Assembly: GCA_964035545.1 (NCBI GenBank)
Contig: OZ037771.1
Location: 6,729,190 to 6,793,189 of the forward strand
DNA: 64,000 nucleotides
Origin: Bugula neritina
Taxonomy: Eukaryota; Animalia; Bryozoa
Direction of reading: 5' to 3'
The stretch's first letter is position 1. Each line of letters starts with the position of its first letter. Positions 40,671-53,439 of this stretch are shown one piece after another. A model generated the notes under the pieces. The model saw nothing but the letters and a program-made list of their open reading frames with translations. It had not been told where the DNA came from and ran no database searches. The position numbers and the translations under genes were made by a program.

Positions 40671-43118
40671 GGCTTCTGCTACTTCTACTAATATGCACAT
40701 GCACGCACGCACACATTTGGGTTTAGAAGTTCTAAACTAGAACTAAATTAGAACTAGTTCATATGATGGTAAAATTATGTTTAATTAGTATTTAAATTGA
40801 TAATGCAATGGTAAGGTAAAGTGTTAGAAAGGGATTGTCAGGAAGGAAGAATGGTCGTCTGACTCACCAGGCTGATCTTTTGATGGCCCAGAAAGACACA
40901 CTGAATAGAGAAATACAGATGACCACCGCCACAGGGCTAAGTATGGCTGCAAATATACAAATGGAGTTACATTGCAGACTGGCTTAAACCACTACAAGGG
41001 TGTCTAGCAATAGCACCCCGTAGACCACACTATATATTGAAGGCCACAGACTACAAAAAACGAAGTTAAAGAAGAGACAACTTCTCTACAAATGAATACT
41101 TTGCACAGTGCTGCTGGCAGTGTGACCATCACAGAGATGTGTCAACATGAGCATTATATCTAATAGCATAAAGTGGCAATTCCAACAACCGACTATAAAA
41201 AATGATATAAATTTTCACACAACTAGAGCTTGTAATAAAACATTATATGATCTATATTATATGATCTATATTATAATATGATTATATGCTTGCTAAATGA
41301 TGAGACTGTATAAATGAAGGAAGTACACATAAACAATGCAGGTAATGAATTCTATAAGAACGCAGATGTTGTAAGAATATTGAAAATTTAATTATCATAT
41401 TATACAAGTATATTTTACTATATAACTGCTCTGTAATATATAAGACTAGGTTTATCCAGCTGCTACAACACTTACCACTTAATGTAGCTTTGTTTACACC
41501 AGCTGTTACTGCTTCTTCTTCCTTCTATAAATAGATATGAATGACTAAGAAATATTTACCGGAAACCACACATCTACTACCTATCATGAAGAGTAATAGA
41601 AATGCCATAAACGTTTCCATGTAACATTCAGATTTTAACATTCTTCATTTCATGCCTGAATTAAAAATCTCTGAAACAATTTTCATAAGAACCTATAAAT
41701 GGCCGCTAACCTTAAAAATCAGGAGAAAACAGTATTTTGTTATTTCACCACAGTAGAGATGTCCATATATCATAGTTTCACTATTATATGTATGAATTGC
41801 ACATAAGAAAAATTAGTCAATTAACATCCTCAAAAATCATAATTATAACTGCTGTGATCCAAATCACCAAATTGCTCCCAGAAATGCATGGGCCCATAAC
41901 TCAGGTTGGTGTTTGGTAACAAATGTCTTTACTAACATAAAAAAACTGTTTCGTTAATTACATTACTTTGGAGTTGTTTACACTTTGAATCAGAAAGTCT
42001 GCCGCAATGACTGCAGTGGTTGGTGATCACTTACTTGGTTACAATTGGTACCCCTCCAGCCTTTAGAACAATGGCACTGGTAGCTGTTTACTCTGTCTGT
42101 GCAGTTACCATGGAAACAGGGGTCACTCTCACATTCATTATATTCCTCTCCGCAGTATGGACCATGGTACCCTGCAGCCAGGAAACATTACACCAAGTTA
42201 TGTCCAGACAAATCTATTTATTTTAAAAAGGTGCACTAGTTTATCTGTAGAGAAAATATCATCAGGTGTATTAAACTACAATAGATTGTGCTAAAGTACG
42301 AGATCTGATGAGTCATGTGACCAGTCATGTGACAAATCACGTGACTGATGAACTGTGTATTGATACTTTGGGTCTAGAGTAAGATTATGATGTAAAGAAG
42401 AAATGACATATTCGGTGAATGAATACAACAAAAACAAAATTCTAAATTAACAATAGAGTAAAAGAGTAAGCCAGTAAGGTAACTCTCTTATTTAGCCAGT
42501 CTCACTGGCTTCCCTCACCCTTTAAAGACACAGAGCTATACAGCACGAAAGTTGATACTAAATATTGTAAGACATTAAAAAAACTTGATTACTTATGAAA
42601 TTAAGGATGAAGCTTGTTTCCAAAAATGTGTATTAGAAGGCGAAAGAAGCTCTGACATACCTGGGACACAGAGACAGGAAACTGTAGCTCTATCGGACTG
42701 TTGTCCACATCTGGCGCCATTCATACACGGCTTAGTGTCACAGAGTTCTGATTTAGAATAGTACTGACACTGGTTACCAAAGTAGTCAGCTGGGCACAGG
42801 CAGTGTGCTTGCCTTCAACAGTATAACTCTTTTATATGGGAGATAAGTGGGTATAGATCATGAAACCGGCTATCCCAATAGAATATTTTTTCTAAAGTAG
42901 CTTAATAATGCAGATAAAGAAACATGTTTGCAATACTAAAATTACATAGTTCATAAATAATATATTCTCAAAGGCTGCCAAAACATTTACCTGATTGAAT
43001 TGATTATGCATGTACCACCATTCAGACAATTATGGTCGTCACATGGTGTTTTACCTTCAGTGAAAAATATGCAAAACATTCCAAATGCCACCAGTATTGC
43101 AGAAAAACCACCTTCCAT
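39897..43118 (-). CDS. Small single-pass membrane protein with signal peptide and 3 EGF-like repeats (about 236 aa, 6 coding exons)
   Basis: Exons (minus): 42991-43118, 42661-42812, 42035-42171, 41476-41524, 40868-40946, 39897-40062, all in phase. Sequence: MEGGFSAILVAFGMFCIFFTEG / PCDDHNCLNGGTC..HCLCPADYFGNQC / LCDTKPCMNGARC..SCLCVPGYHGPYC / YNECESDPCFHGNCTDRVNSYQCHCSKGWRGTNC / TM AILSPVAVVICISLFSVSFWAI / KRSAWWKKR tail. Mostly absent from the ORF track. Confidence 0.88.
40134..40692. repeat. Compound (ACT)n microsatellite with interspersed GCGGCTTCTGCT units, last intron of the EGF gene
   Basis: Visible directly; lies between the exons at 40868 and 40062. Confidence 0.96.
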
Positions 43119-43759
43119 ATCTATAGAACCTAACAAAAAGCAATTAGGTAATACTAACAAATTCCGAATCTAGATTGCAAGAGATGTGCAATCGTGTGAT
43201 AAATACAAAATTACATGTCATATCCCAAAAATACTAAAACAAAGTGAAACTATTCAAACTTTCTAGATAAAATGTTAATTCATGATATGTATTATTAATT
43301 TACTAATATATCTATTACATAATTTTAACTAAGAGTCAGTATATTTAGTATAATAATAAGGCAAACATAATGATAATCATAATCAAATAATCTAATGACT
43401 AAGTAACTCACTAAGATTGATAAGTAGTGACACATTGATATGAGTAACTAAAGCATATACCCCAAAATCTATACCTTCAACTTTAAAATTATTAATTAAT
43501 GTTATAGTTATACTATAACATTACTATAAGTATAACTATAACTATAACTATAAGTATAAGTATTAGTATAACAATTTAACTTCAAGTCTATAATACTAAT
43601 ACTAATAGCATAGCTTCAACTATAACACTAACGTCTAACAGCAATACTTATACTAAAAGTATTAAAATAGTATAACAATAAATATTAGTATTATTATACC
43701 TGTAAGTATACTAATAGCAAGAGTAATACAGTAATACTGTATTAGATACACATTTCTGA

Positions 43760-44135
43760 TTTACACCGTTTTCTTTCAATGGCCCTTGACTTGAGGTGAA
43801 AATTACACAGGCATTACAGAAATAACCACGTCGGGGGGCTCCTAGAAGTCACCCAACGCTAATCTTGTTAACTAAATCTCAGGCCACCTGCCTCTACCAA
43901 TGACTAACTGACTACTGACTAACTAACCAATGACTAGCCTAACCTGTGTTTTTCTATGATACAATGTTTACAAGTTTTTATTTCGGCCAATAGTTTCATG
44001 AACTGTAGATCATCAGCCAATGATAAACCTTTGTAGCAATCCCAATAAATAATAATGTTTCCGTTACAACTCCGGCTTTTCAAGTTATGCTCACTCTCGC
44101 CCCCTTTTTTCTCTTTCAGTTTATTCACGTCAATT
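43760..44135. promoter_or_regulatory. Putative bidirectional promoter core between the EGF gene and Mos
   Basis: Locally GC/CpG-richer segment with several CCAAT motifs (about 43897, 43927, 43987, 44017, 44042) between two head-to-head genes. TSS not determinable from sequence. Confidence 0.5.
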
Positions 44136-45082
44136 GAATATCGTAATCAATATGAATATCAAGTTCAATATCATTTTTATGCTATTTTTGCTATATTAAT
44201 TGTTTATATTAGTGTTTAACATGAATATAGGAATTTCAATATAAATTGAAGATTCCAACTAAACTAAAGTTCAAACCCTTACGCTTGCAGTTAGAGTTAG
44301 TCAGTTACACTTACTGTTAGTGTTACACTTACAGTTACTGTGTCTGTTGTTACCGTGTTGCAGGTTACTTGAAGTTGAATTTCTAGTTGCAGTTCTAGTT
44401 CTACTTATTCTTAAACTTTAGCTTGTAATTCAGTGATAAAGTTATCAAAATGTAAATTGTCAAATTCACTCAAAATGGTATCAAACCAATATAAATATCA
44501 TAACCATTATGAGTTATGATGATTATGATTATCATTATCATTATGATTGTAATTACTAATTATCATAATCAAAATCATAATGATTAACTTCAAGTGATAA
44601 TGATAATTAAATTCAATGATAATGATATTGATTGGGTGCCAATTGATATTATGATTATTACAAATTTTAGTGTAAGTGGAAATTCAAGTAGCTAGTAAGG
44701 GTTTGAATTGTAGTCTAGTGGGTAATCATTCAGATTCCTATAACTATTAAGTTAATATAAATCAAAATGAATCTAAATTAGTAGAAAATATTATTATAAA
44801 TAATGATAGAGTCATTTAAATATAAATTCATTAATAATTAATGAATAATTATATTTATTTTGCACTGTAAATGAATAAGGGACAAGAAAGTTGTACATGT
44901 AATCAATAATAATATTAAACTTTATACTTACACATTTTTTAAATAAATGCCTGTAAGTGTATATAATTGGCTTTGACTGGCTATTAAATTTTGTTATTTT
45001 GAATAGCTGATTTTTTACTGTGCTGTTATGACAAAAAGTTTTTACACTTTAGTACCTATAAAATTTTATCTTTGGTTGAAGC

Positions 45083-48000
45083 ATGCAGTTGGAAAATAAA
45101 AAGATGTTGGACATGAATTCAACTAACTTTCAAAGCCCAACTCCTTCAGGAGTGTTGAATTCTATGCTATCATCTACTATGCCTGTGTTGAGACAGAAAA
45201 GTAAGCTACAGTTGATCAGGTATACTTCTCCTAATCACAAGAGTCACAAAATAAAACTATTATCCTTATTTTATATGATCTCTAAAATCATTTATTGCAA
45301 TATATGTTTGTCTTAAACTATTCTGAAAAGGTTGTGAAACATAATTCTTTATGGTATATACATCTTGTAGTAGCCCGTACTCTAGAGGTTGTTGTTCTCC
45401 CAGCTTTGGGTCTCCATCGAGATTGCAAGCTGTGTTTAAACACCTGACATGGAGAGAGGTGAAGGGGCATCTCAGGAGTGTCATTGGTAAAGGTGGATTT
45501 GGCCAGGTTTATAAAGCTAATATACAGGGATTCAGCCTGGCTGTCAAGAAGTTAAGGTGGAGAGAAATTGTCTGTATTATTGTACAATCTCTGCACTTAT
45601 TGTTTTATTGCTTTTCTAATGTAATTTATGGTTAGGATTATTGATGTTTAGTGTGAAATTGTGTTTTTGGGTCTCGAAATGTGAGGAAAGATACACATGC
45701 CATAAATAAGCATCTAATAATCCTAAATACAGTGCTCCCTCCATATCTCACGATTCCAATTCTCACGAAATTCTATAGGTCACGAGACGGACATGGACCC
45801 CTGTTTCGTTGCTTATGTATGTGTATATAGGGACAAAATAATTGAATTTAACAGATCCGTCAGTTAAATCTGGTATTTTAGTAGGTCACGAATTGAGGTT
45901 TCGAGACCTGCAGCTTAATGAGATACGGAGCGAGCACTGTATTTATATTAACTACAATGGGGTGTTGTAGGTATACCATGATGAATAAGAATACAGTCAC
46001 AAAGAGTTTAAACTCAGAAAAGTTGGCTCTGACACTGAAGCACCGCAACATTGTGTCAACGTATTATGTTAATGACAGCTCTGACCCCGCCTTCATTATT
46101 ATGGAGTATGTAGGTATGCCCTCTTTACACGACTTTCGGGGAAATCCTTCTAGATTGTGTCAGTTCAATCAATATTCAGTGCTATCTGTATGCTGTCAAA
46201 TCTTGAGTAATAAAAAAGGCCAATAGTTATAGTATTCTTTAGCTGAACTGCATTCAAGATACACAATACCAGGCGAAATATAGTAGATGGTGCTTGATGA
46301 TGTAGGCTTGAGTCCACAATTCCAAATACTCTTTTATGGAGTAGATGTGCTTGAATTAGTAAGAAATATATTGTTATGTTTAAATTGGAGGCATATTTTC
46401 ATTACAGCTGGTGGATATAAACTGCGTTATAAATACATTTAAAAGACTATAACTGAGGTATTGATTATTGTCCTAATTATTTGTCGCCGCTACTGCAAAA
46501 TTTAAAACTGTTTTAGGGTTGTTGTCTCTTGTTTTTTTGAAGATATAGAGAGTACAACTCCCACACCTACTCATGTAATTAATAGAATTTATGTCATCGA
46601 AATGCTGAGAAAGTCGAGTGAAGCTTTGCTTTGTGTGAACACAGCAAACAAATTTCACTTATGTTTTTTTCTAGTTACCTGCTTCCCCCATATTTTTGCT
46701 ATATGTTTATATGAGTTTTATTTTGCATGTGTGGATATTGATACGTACTGCTGTACTGTTATCAAAGTTACTGATTGAATAAAAGACTAAAAGTTTGTTG
46801 CAGTGAAGTGACCCACACAGTCGCTATGGCTACCCACTTGGCTATTTTTATGGTCTGTAACAGTTCTTATAAATTCCATTCCATTCCTCTTTTTAGGCTC
46901 TCAGACCCTGCAGCATCTGATAGACTCTGACAATATAACTCCTAGCCGTGTACAGCAGTTCTCATGTGACATAGCCTCAGCTCTCCACTATATACACCAA
47001 CTCACTGTGGTACACCTTGATGTCAAACCTAGCAACATCCTTATTACTGCTTACTACCTTGCTAAATTAGGTAGGTTGTGTTAGCCAACTAGGCTTGATT
47101 GTCAATTTCTTACATCTAATTTTGAAAGTTGTCTCTTAAATTTGAGGCTGTTTTACTAAGGAGTAAGAAAAACTATTTTTGACATTTCAAGCTGGCTGTA
47201 AATATGATATACATATATAGCATCTGTTAAAGTTTTGCAAATGATCAATATATCTCAAATTTGTTTTGCAAAAAATTATGATTTTGAAGAATTTAATTAT
47301 TGAATTTATGATGTGCTTCAACTTGTGCGTTTTTATTTAATGTTTCAATTTATTTTCAATCAGCCGGAAGTGAGTAGAAACATTAAAGCTGTTTGACCAG
47401 TTTTTTTGTCTCTTAGGCCAATTAGAGACACTGAAGTTGGTGTCAATTTTTTTTATAAAGCTTTACTGGTCTTATATTAGTAGCCTTTTAACATCACAAA
47501 ATGTCTGCATGCATTCTGCAGGGGATTTTGGCTGCTCTCAAATGGTGCAATGGGAAGAGGTTGAAGATGGTTTTAGTCCTACCAATAGAATTGACCTAAC
47601 TGGGACAGTGGCGTATAGAGCTCCTGAACTGCTCAGGGGGTTTGCACCAACCCTCAAAGCTGATATTTATGCATTTGGAATCCTTCTTTGGCAGATGGTT
47701 AGCAAGAAATACCCATACTTAGGAAAGGTGGGTGGACGAATTCATAATACGTATATATGTTGCAATATTAACTGCTTTGCCCACAAGAGTTTAATTCAGG
47801 TCAAAGTTGTCTTAGTATCTAATAAAGATGACTGCATGCCAACACCCACATTTTGTAGGATTTACACCTGCGTTGTAGTATATTCACTTGTGTCGTAGTA
47901 TATTCACCTGCGTCGTAGTATATTCACCTGCGTTGTAGTATATTCACCTGCGTTGTAGTATATACACCTGCGTTGTAGTATATTTACCTGTGTTGTAGGA

Positions 48001-48187
48001 TAGTCACATGGTGATATTTGCTGTCGTTGCTCAAGGTTTGCGACCTTCAGTCAGTAGTATTGAAAATAGCAACGAGAAACTGGTTGCACTCTGCGAAGAT
48101 TGCTGGTCAGCTGACCCCTCTCTCCGCCCCGATGCCCAGTCCCTTCTACACTCTTTGACAGTAATGACCAGAAATGACAATACCTGA
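45083..48187 (+). CDS. MOS: Mos serine/threonine kinase (MAPKKK, oocyte maturation), about 344 aa, 6 exons
   Basis: Exons 45083-45219, 45371-45556, 45971-46113, 46897-47070, 47522-47727, 47999-48187. Motifs GKGGFGQVYKA, AVKK, LKHRNIV, IIMEYVG, VHLDVKPSNIL, GDFGCSQ, GTVAYRAPELLRG, TLKADIYAFGILLWQM, VIFAVVAQGLRP; DFGCSQ and AVVAxxLRP are characteristic of Mos. Start codon and exon 1 are less certain. Confidence 0.88.
45730..45939. mobile_element. Tc1/mariner(pogo)-type MITE, 210 bp, Mos intron 2
   Basis: TA-flanked; TIRs CAGTGCTCCCTCCATATCTCA and TGAGATACGGAGCGAGCACTG (2 mismatches); no coding capacity; second copy at about 25175-25357. Confidence 0.9.
47852..47998 (+). repeat. 20-bp tandem repeat (about 7 copies) ending at the Mos exon 6 acceptor
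   Basis: Unit TATATTCACCTGCGTTGTAG; the last unit supplies the functional AG at 47997-47998. Confidence 0.93.
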
Positions 48188-48862
48188 GAGTTGTCCTACC
48201 CTATCTTAGTTAAACTACTGCGGCTGTGATAGCCTTAGTTTTCAGTTTCACTCTTCTCTAGTTGAATTTATTTGTTGAATATTGTTTTTTGTTCTATTCT
48301 AACCCGTGCTTCGAATCTCATCATTTATAGTGACATATTTTTATATACATATGTTTTTATAGTAGTATTTTTTGTTCGTTTATTTTTGATGTTATTGTTT
48401 CATAGTTGGCATAAAATGCATGGAAAACCTAATAGCTGCTCTCTAAATAACAGGAAATGATGAAGTGCACAATACCATAACAAACTGGTTTATATTATCT
48501 TTACTCCTATTTTCCAATATCACCATACATCTACTGACTGGTTAGAATAGACATGCAATAGCAACTACACAGCTGCAATAGTAATTGCAATATGCTAAAT
48601 ATACAATTTCAAATAGAAAACATCATAAAATATATAAAATAAAAAAATAAAATGACCACGGCTACATAAATGGGCAACATCTTGATGTTTTAAAAGTCTG
48701 TGCATGATTATGAGCTAGCAAGAACTAGAGAGCACCTGAGCTCTCCCTAAAAGGCAGTGTACTACGGTTGCTAGGGAAGTGGATGCTGGTTGTTAAGGAC
48801 TGTTTTTAAGGAAGTAAATAATGGTTGCTAAGGAAGTGGATGACGGTTGCTAAGTCAACAGT

Positions 48863-51800
48863 TCATATGTTGGTGGCACTAGACTGCTGAAGAGGTCTGA
48901 GCGGGGAATCATGGGAAGACATTTTCCTGCCATCAATGCATTCAAAGTCGATGACGATTTGCTTCATCTTTGGCTGAAACTGCCTGCAAATGTACACATG
49001 CCATGCTATACGAAGATGAACATAAAACACAACCATATATTTATAAAATTTACTTATTTGGGTTAGTGAGTGGGTGATTTTCATGATATATCTAGCCACT
49101 ACCACAAGATTTCTACTAATATAAACAAGTGTTTTTATCAAACCTTTTGTAAAATGACTTATGTTTTCCTTCACATGTATCAATTTTGATTGATCTGTTA
49201 ATCTTGAGTAGTTCTTTTAGCAAAGAATGGGAAGGGAAACATCAACATAGGAACAGAGCAACAGGGGTACAACAGAACAGCTGTATTCCAGTGTGCGTGT
49301 GTGAGTGTGTGAGATAGAGAATATAACACACCATCACACAACATCTTAGTATAGTTACACCACAGGCAATAAAATAACTTACCTGTATTCCACACCTGCC
49401 TTGTCTAGTAAAGTTCTACTTGCTTTCATAATCTTATCATTATGATATTTGTCTGAGTAGTATATAACCTAAAATATGACTCCAATATTACAGATAGAAA
49501 GAATATAACCTAAAATATTACTCCAATATTAGGTTAGAAAAACAGCATAAATATCTATACTTAAAGAATATTAAATAAGTTTTTAAGTAGCACCAAACTA
49601 CAAACAGCAAAGTTTTATTAAATAGTGGTATAGCATATAGCATCACACATATTATGTATAATATGATTATATTATTACATACTAGGGAAATGCCAGACTG
49701 GATAATGAGCTTTGCACACTCATTGCAAGGAAAGAGTGCCACATATATGGTGCAGTTCTGTACATCAGAAGAGTTCTTGTTTAATATAGCATTCAGCTCT
49801 GCATGACAAACTACAAAGATAAATAACCAGAGTGAGCAGTTGTGACGTATGTTTATAGTTGCCATCCCTTGATAGAGTGTTTTAAGCAGCTAAGGACTTG
49901 TTTTTATTATGGCACAGGAGCAATCATGACTGAATGCTCTTCCTAACATCACCAATGGCCTTTACTGGGATTCTAACCACTGACTCTGTGGTTTACTAAG
50001 CTAGCACCTTAGCAACTAGACTGCAGCTGCTCTCTGTTTCATAGGAGATATTACTGATATTATACTGACCGTTGATGATATTCATGCAAACACACTATTT
50101 CAGAATCATTTATATGATGATGGAATAGTGTAAGACAAGGGAAGGCAACTCACCGTATGGGTATTTTGTATCTGACCAGTCTCCAGTTCTGTCCCACGGC
50201 ATCTCGTCATCATCGCAGCCATTAGGCATTCCATTGTAACCAATACCAACTATCTTCTTGCTTCTGTTGACTATACAAGCCCCCACCTGAAGGTAGAGAA
50301 TATGCTATACTATGCAACCCAACAATAGTATGTGTTGTTAGTATAACATAGTACTGAGTGTTAGTATATAGTACTAAGTGTTAGTATAATACAGTACTGA
50401 GTGTTAGTATATAGTACTGGGTGTTAGTATACAGTACTGAGTGTTAGTATAACATAGTGTTAGTATATAGTACTGAGTGTTAGTATAATACAGTACTGAG
50501 TGCTAGTACATTTAAAATTCCTAATTTTACTTTTTCAGGTGCACAACGCGATTCACGTGGAGGTGGTGTTGGGGTGTATGTGAGAGATAGCATTGGCATG
50601 GTCCTGGTCCCAGTAGTGACCATATCTGGTTGTGATGTTCATTCTATTAAGTTAGAATGTGATGGCTCCTCTCCACCTGTGGTTCTAACAGTTATTTACC
50701 GACAACCCAGTGCAGATGTTACTGAATTTTTGTATGATTTCGAAAAATTCATATCCACTTCACACGCAAGTAACCACATTATTGCTGGTGATATCAACAT
50801 TGATACCCTAGATCATTCTAATGTTGAGTATCTTAGTCTCCTGTCTACCTACTGTTTCACCAACTCCATTACTGTGCCTACTCATCACTTTAAGCCTACT
50901 AATAAGTGGACATGCCTGGATCATATCCTTTTGAATCTGAACAGCTATGCCATAACTTCTGGAACAGTTTTTTCTGATTTGAGTGATCACTTGCCTGCCT
51001 ATACTTTCATACATAAATTTAAAAGATCAGACCTGATTTCTGCGTCCCAAAATCAGTATAGCATCATCAATTACAAAAAATTACGTAACGCGTTAGAATC
51101 TATAAACTGGGAAGCTTTTCGCTGTAGTGATGTTAATGTGTTTTATGATAAATTCCTTCAAAAGCTTACTGAACTTACAAACAGCTGTAAAATAGAGCAT
51201 AGGGCAAAGCTTGCTAAAAATAAAAGCATTTCAAAGCCATGGATAAATGGGGATCTTCTGTTTATGATAAGAAAGAAAAATCGTTTTTATAGAAATTGGC
51301 GAAAATCTCCATTAAGTACAAAGTTGGAAGTTAAATATAAAAGATTGAGAAATGAACTGAACACGCAACTGAGGAGGGCAAAGTATAATTATTTTCTAGA
51401 AGCTTTAGATGCAAGCTGTGCTAATCCAAAACAGATTTGGGAATTAATAAACAATGAGCTTTTGAGAAAACCAAAAAATACCAGTCCAACGCTTCCATCT
51501 AAACTAGTATGCTATCACGATCCATCTCGGGTAGCCTTGAGCGATACAGAAATAGCTGAAGAATTTAACTCTTACTTTAGTAATATTGGAAAGCGGCTAG
51601 CTTCTAAATTTAATAACAATGATCATAGGCTTTCTCACTCTGAAATTAGTAACAGCTCTGATGGTGCTTTTGAACTTCAACATGTTAACGAAACTAGCGT
51701 GTTAACACTCATAACGCAAATGAAGCCAAATAAAGCTTCTGGTCTTGACCAAATCTCCGCCAACTTTGTTAAGCGTTTGTCAGACATTATTACTACTCCT

Positions 51801-53380
51801 CTATGTAAAATTATTAACCATTCTATCGATTGTGGAAAAATACCAACGAAATTAAAGGTAGCTAAAGTTTCACCATTATATAAAAAAGGTTCTGTCAATG
51901 AATGTGGGAATTATAGACCTATTTCAATTTTACCCATCTTCAGCAAAATAATGGAAAAATTAATAAACCAACAAATACTGACCTATTTAGAAAACAATAA
52001 CCTCCTTACTCAAAATCAGTTTGGATTTAGACATAACAGGGGTACATCAGATGCAATTTCTAACTTTACAAACAAAATTTTAGAATCTTTTGATAAAGGT
52101 GAATCCGTACTAGGCATATTTATTGATTTTAGTAAAGCATTTGATACTATAGACCACAACATTTTAATTTATAAACTTAAAAAATATAATTTTAGCTCAT
52201 CTGCTATTAAATGGATACATAATTATTTAACAGAAAGAACCCAAATCACAAAAATAAACAATACACTATCCAATGCACAAACTATTACTTGCGGTGTACC
52301 CCAAGGATCTGTGCTAGGTCCCACCTTGTTCCTAATATATATCAACGATCTTTGCGAAACCTTAAAATATGTAACACCAATTTTATATGCGGACGATACT
52401 AACTTATTTCTAAAATCAAAAAATTTAAACAATGAATATGAGAAAATTTCTTCTGATCTTAAAAGACTATGTGAATGGTGCCAGATAAATAAGCTAACAA
52501 TTAATTATGAAAAAACATCTTACATTATTTTTAAGAACTATCAAAATAAGTTCCAATTTGATTTAAAATTAACAATAAACGACAAACCAATAACAGCAGT
52601 TGACGAAGTAAAATTTTTAGGTGTGATAATTGATAGAAATTTAAACTGGTCATCCCACATTCAGAAAATATTATTAAATCTTCGACCAATTTCGGGACTT
52701 TTTTATCGTTTAAATGCATTCGCTCCTAAAAGAATTTTGATCATGTTATACTATTCACTTATACATTCCAGGCTGTGCTACTCTATAGAATCCTGGGGGA
52801 ATGCATCCAGGGTCCATCTTGATAAAGTGTTAAAATTTCAAAAGAAAATCGTCCGAATAATTCACCGCAAGCCTTTTGGATACCATTCTAAAGACCTGTT
52901 TAGGAAATCAGACATTTTACCAGTTGACAAGTTGTACAAATACAAACTGCTAATTAAAGCTCATAAAATCTTCTATTCAGAAAGCTTTTCGACACACTCT
53001 CACTATACTACTCGTCATCAGTTGCAATCTCTTCCTGTTCCATTTTATTCCTCATCTGCTGGTCAACGCACCTCAAATTTTGTAATATCTGCACTGTGGA
53101 ATAAGTTGCCTAAATTTTTAAAGATTATACAGCCACTTGGTAAATTTAAAGCGGAATTGAGGCATCACCTCCACTCTGTTGAGTGATCTGTGGTGCCTTG
53201 TATGGTAATGCCAACATTGGGCCCGCGTACCACTAGCCATGCTATTTCGCACTGGGCCTCATCATCATTTCAGACAGCTTATTTTGATATACTGTTATTT
53301 GTTACTACGTTTCTTTTCTAATTGCTTGTTCTGCTCTTGTAAATTATCCTAGTTGTAAAACACTATGTTATGATGAAAAT

Positions 53381-53439
<59 letters not shown>

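Noticed and set aside
39994-40740. Mucin-like poly-Thr, poly-Ser and poly-Val ORFs
   Set aside because: (ACT)n microsatellite inside an intron; the flanking exons splice in phase without it.
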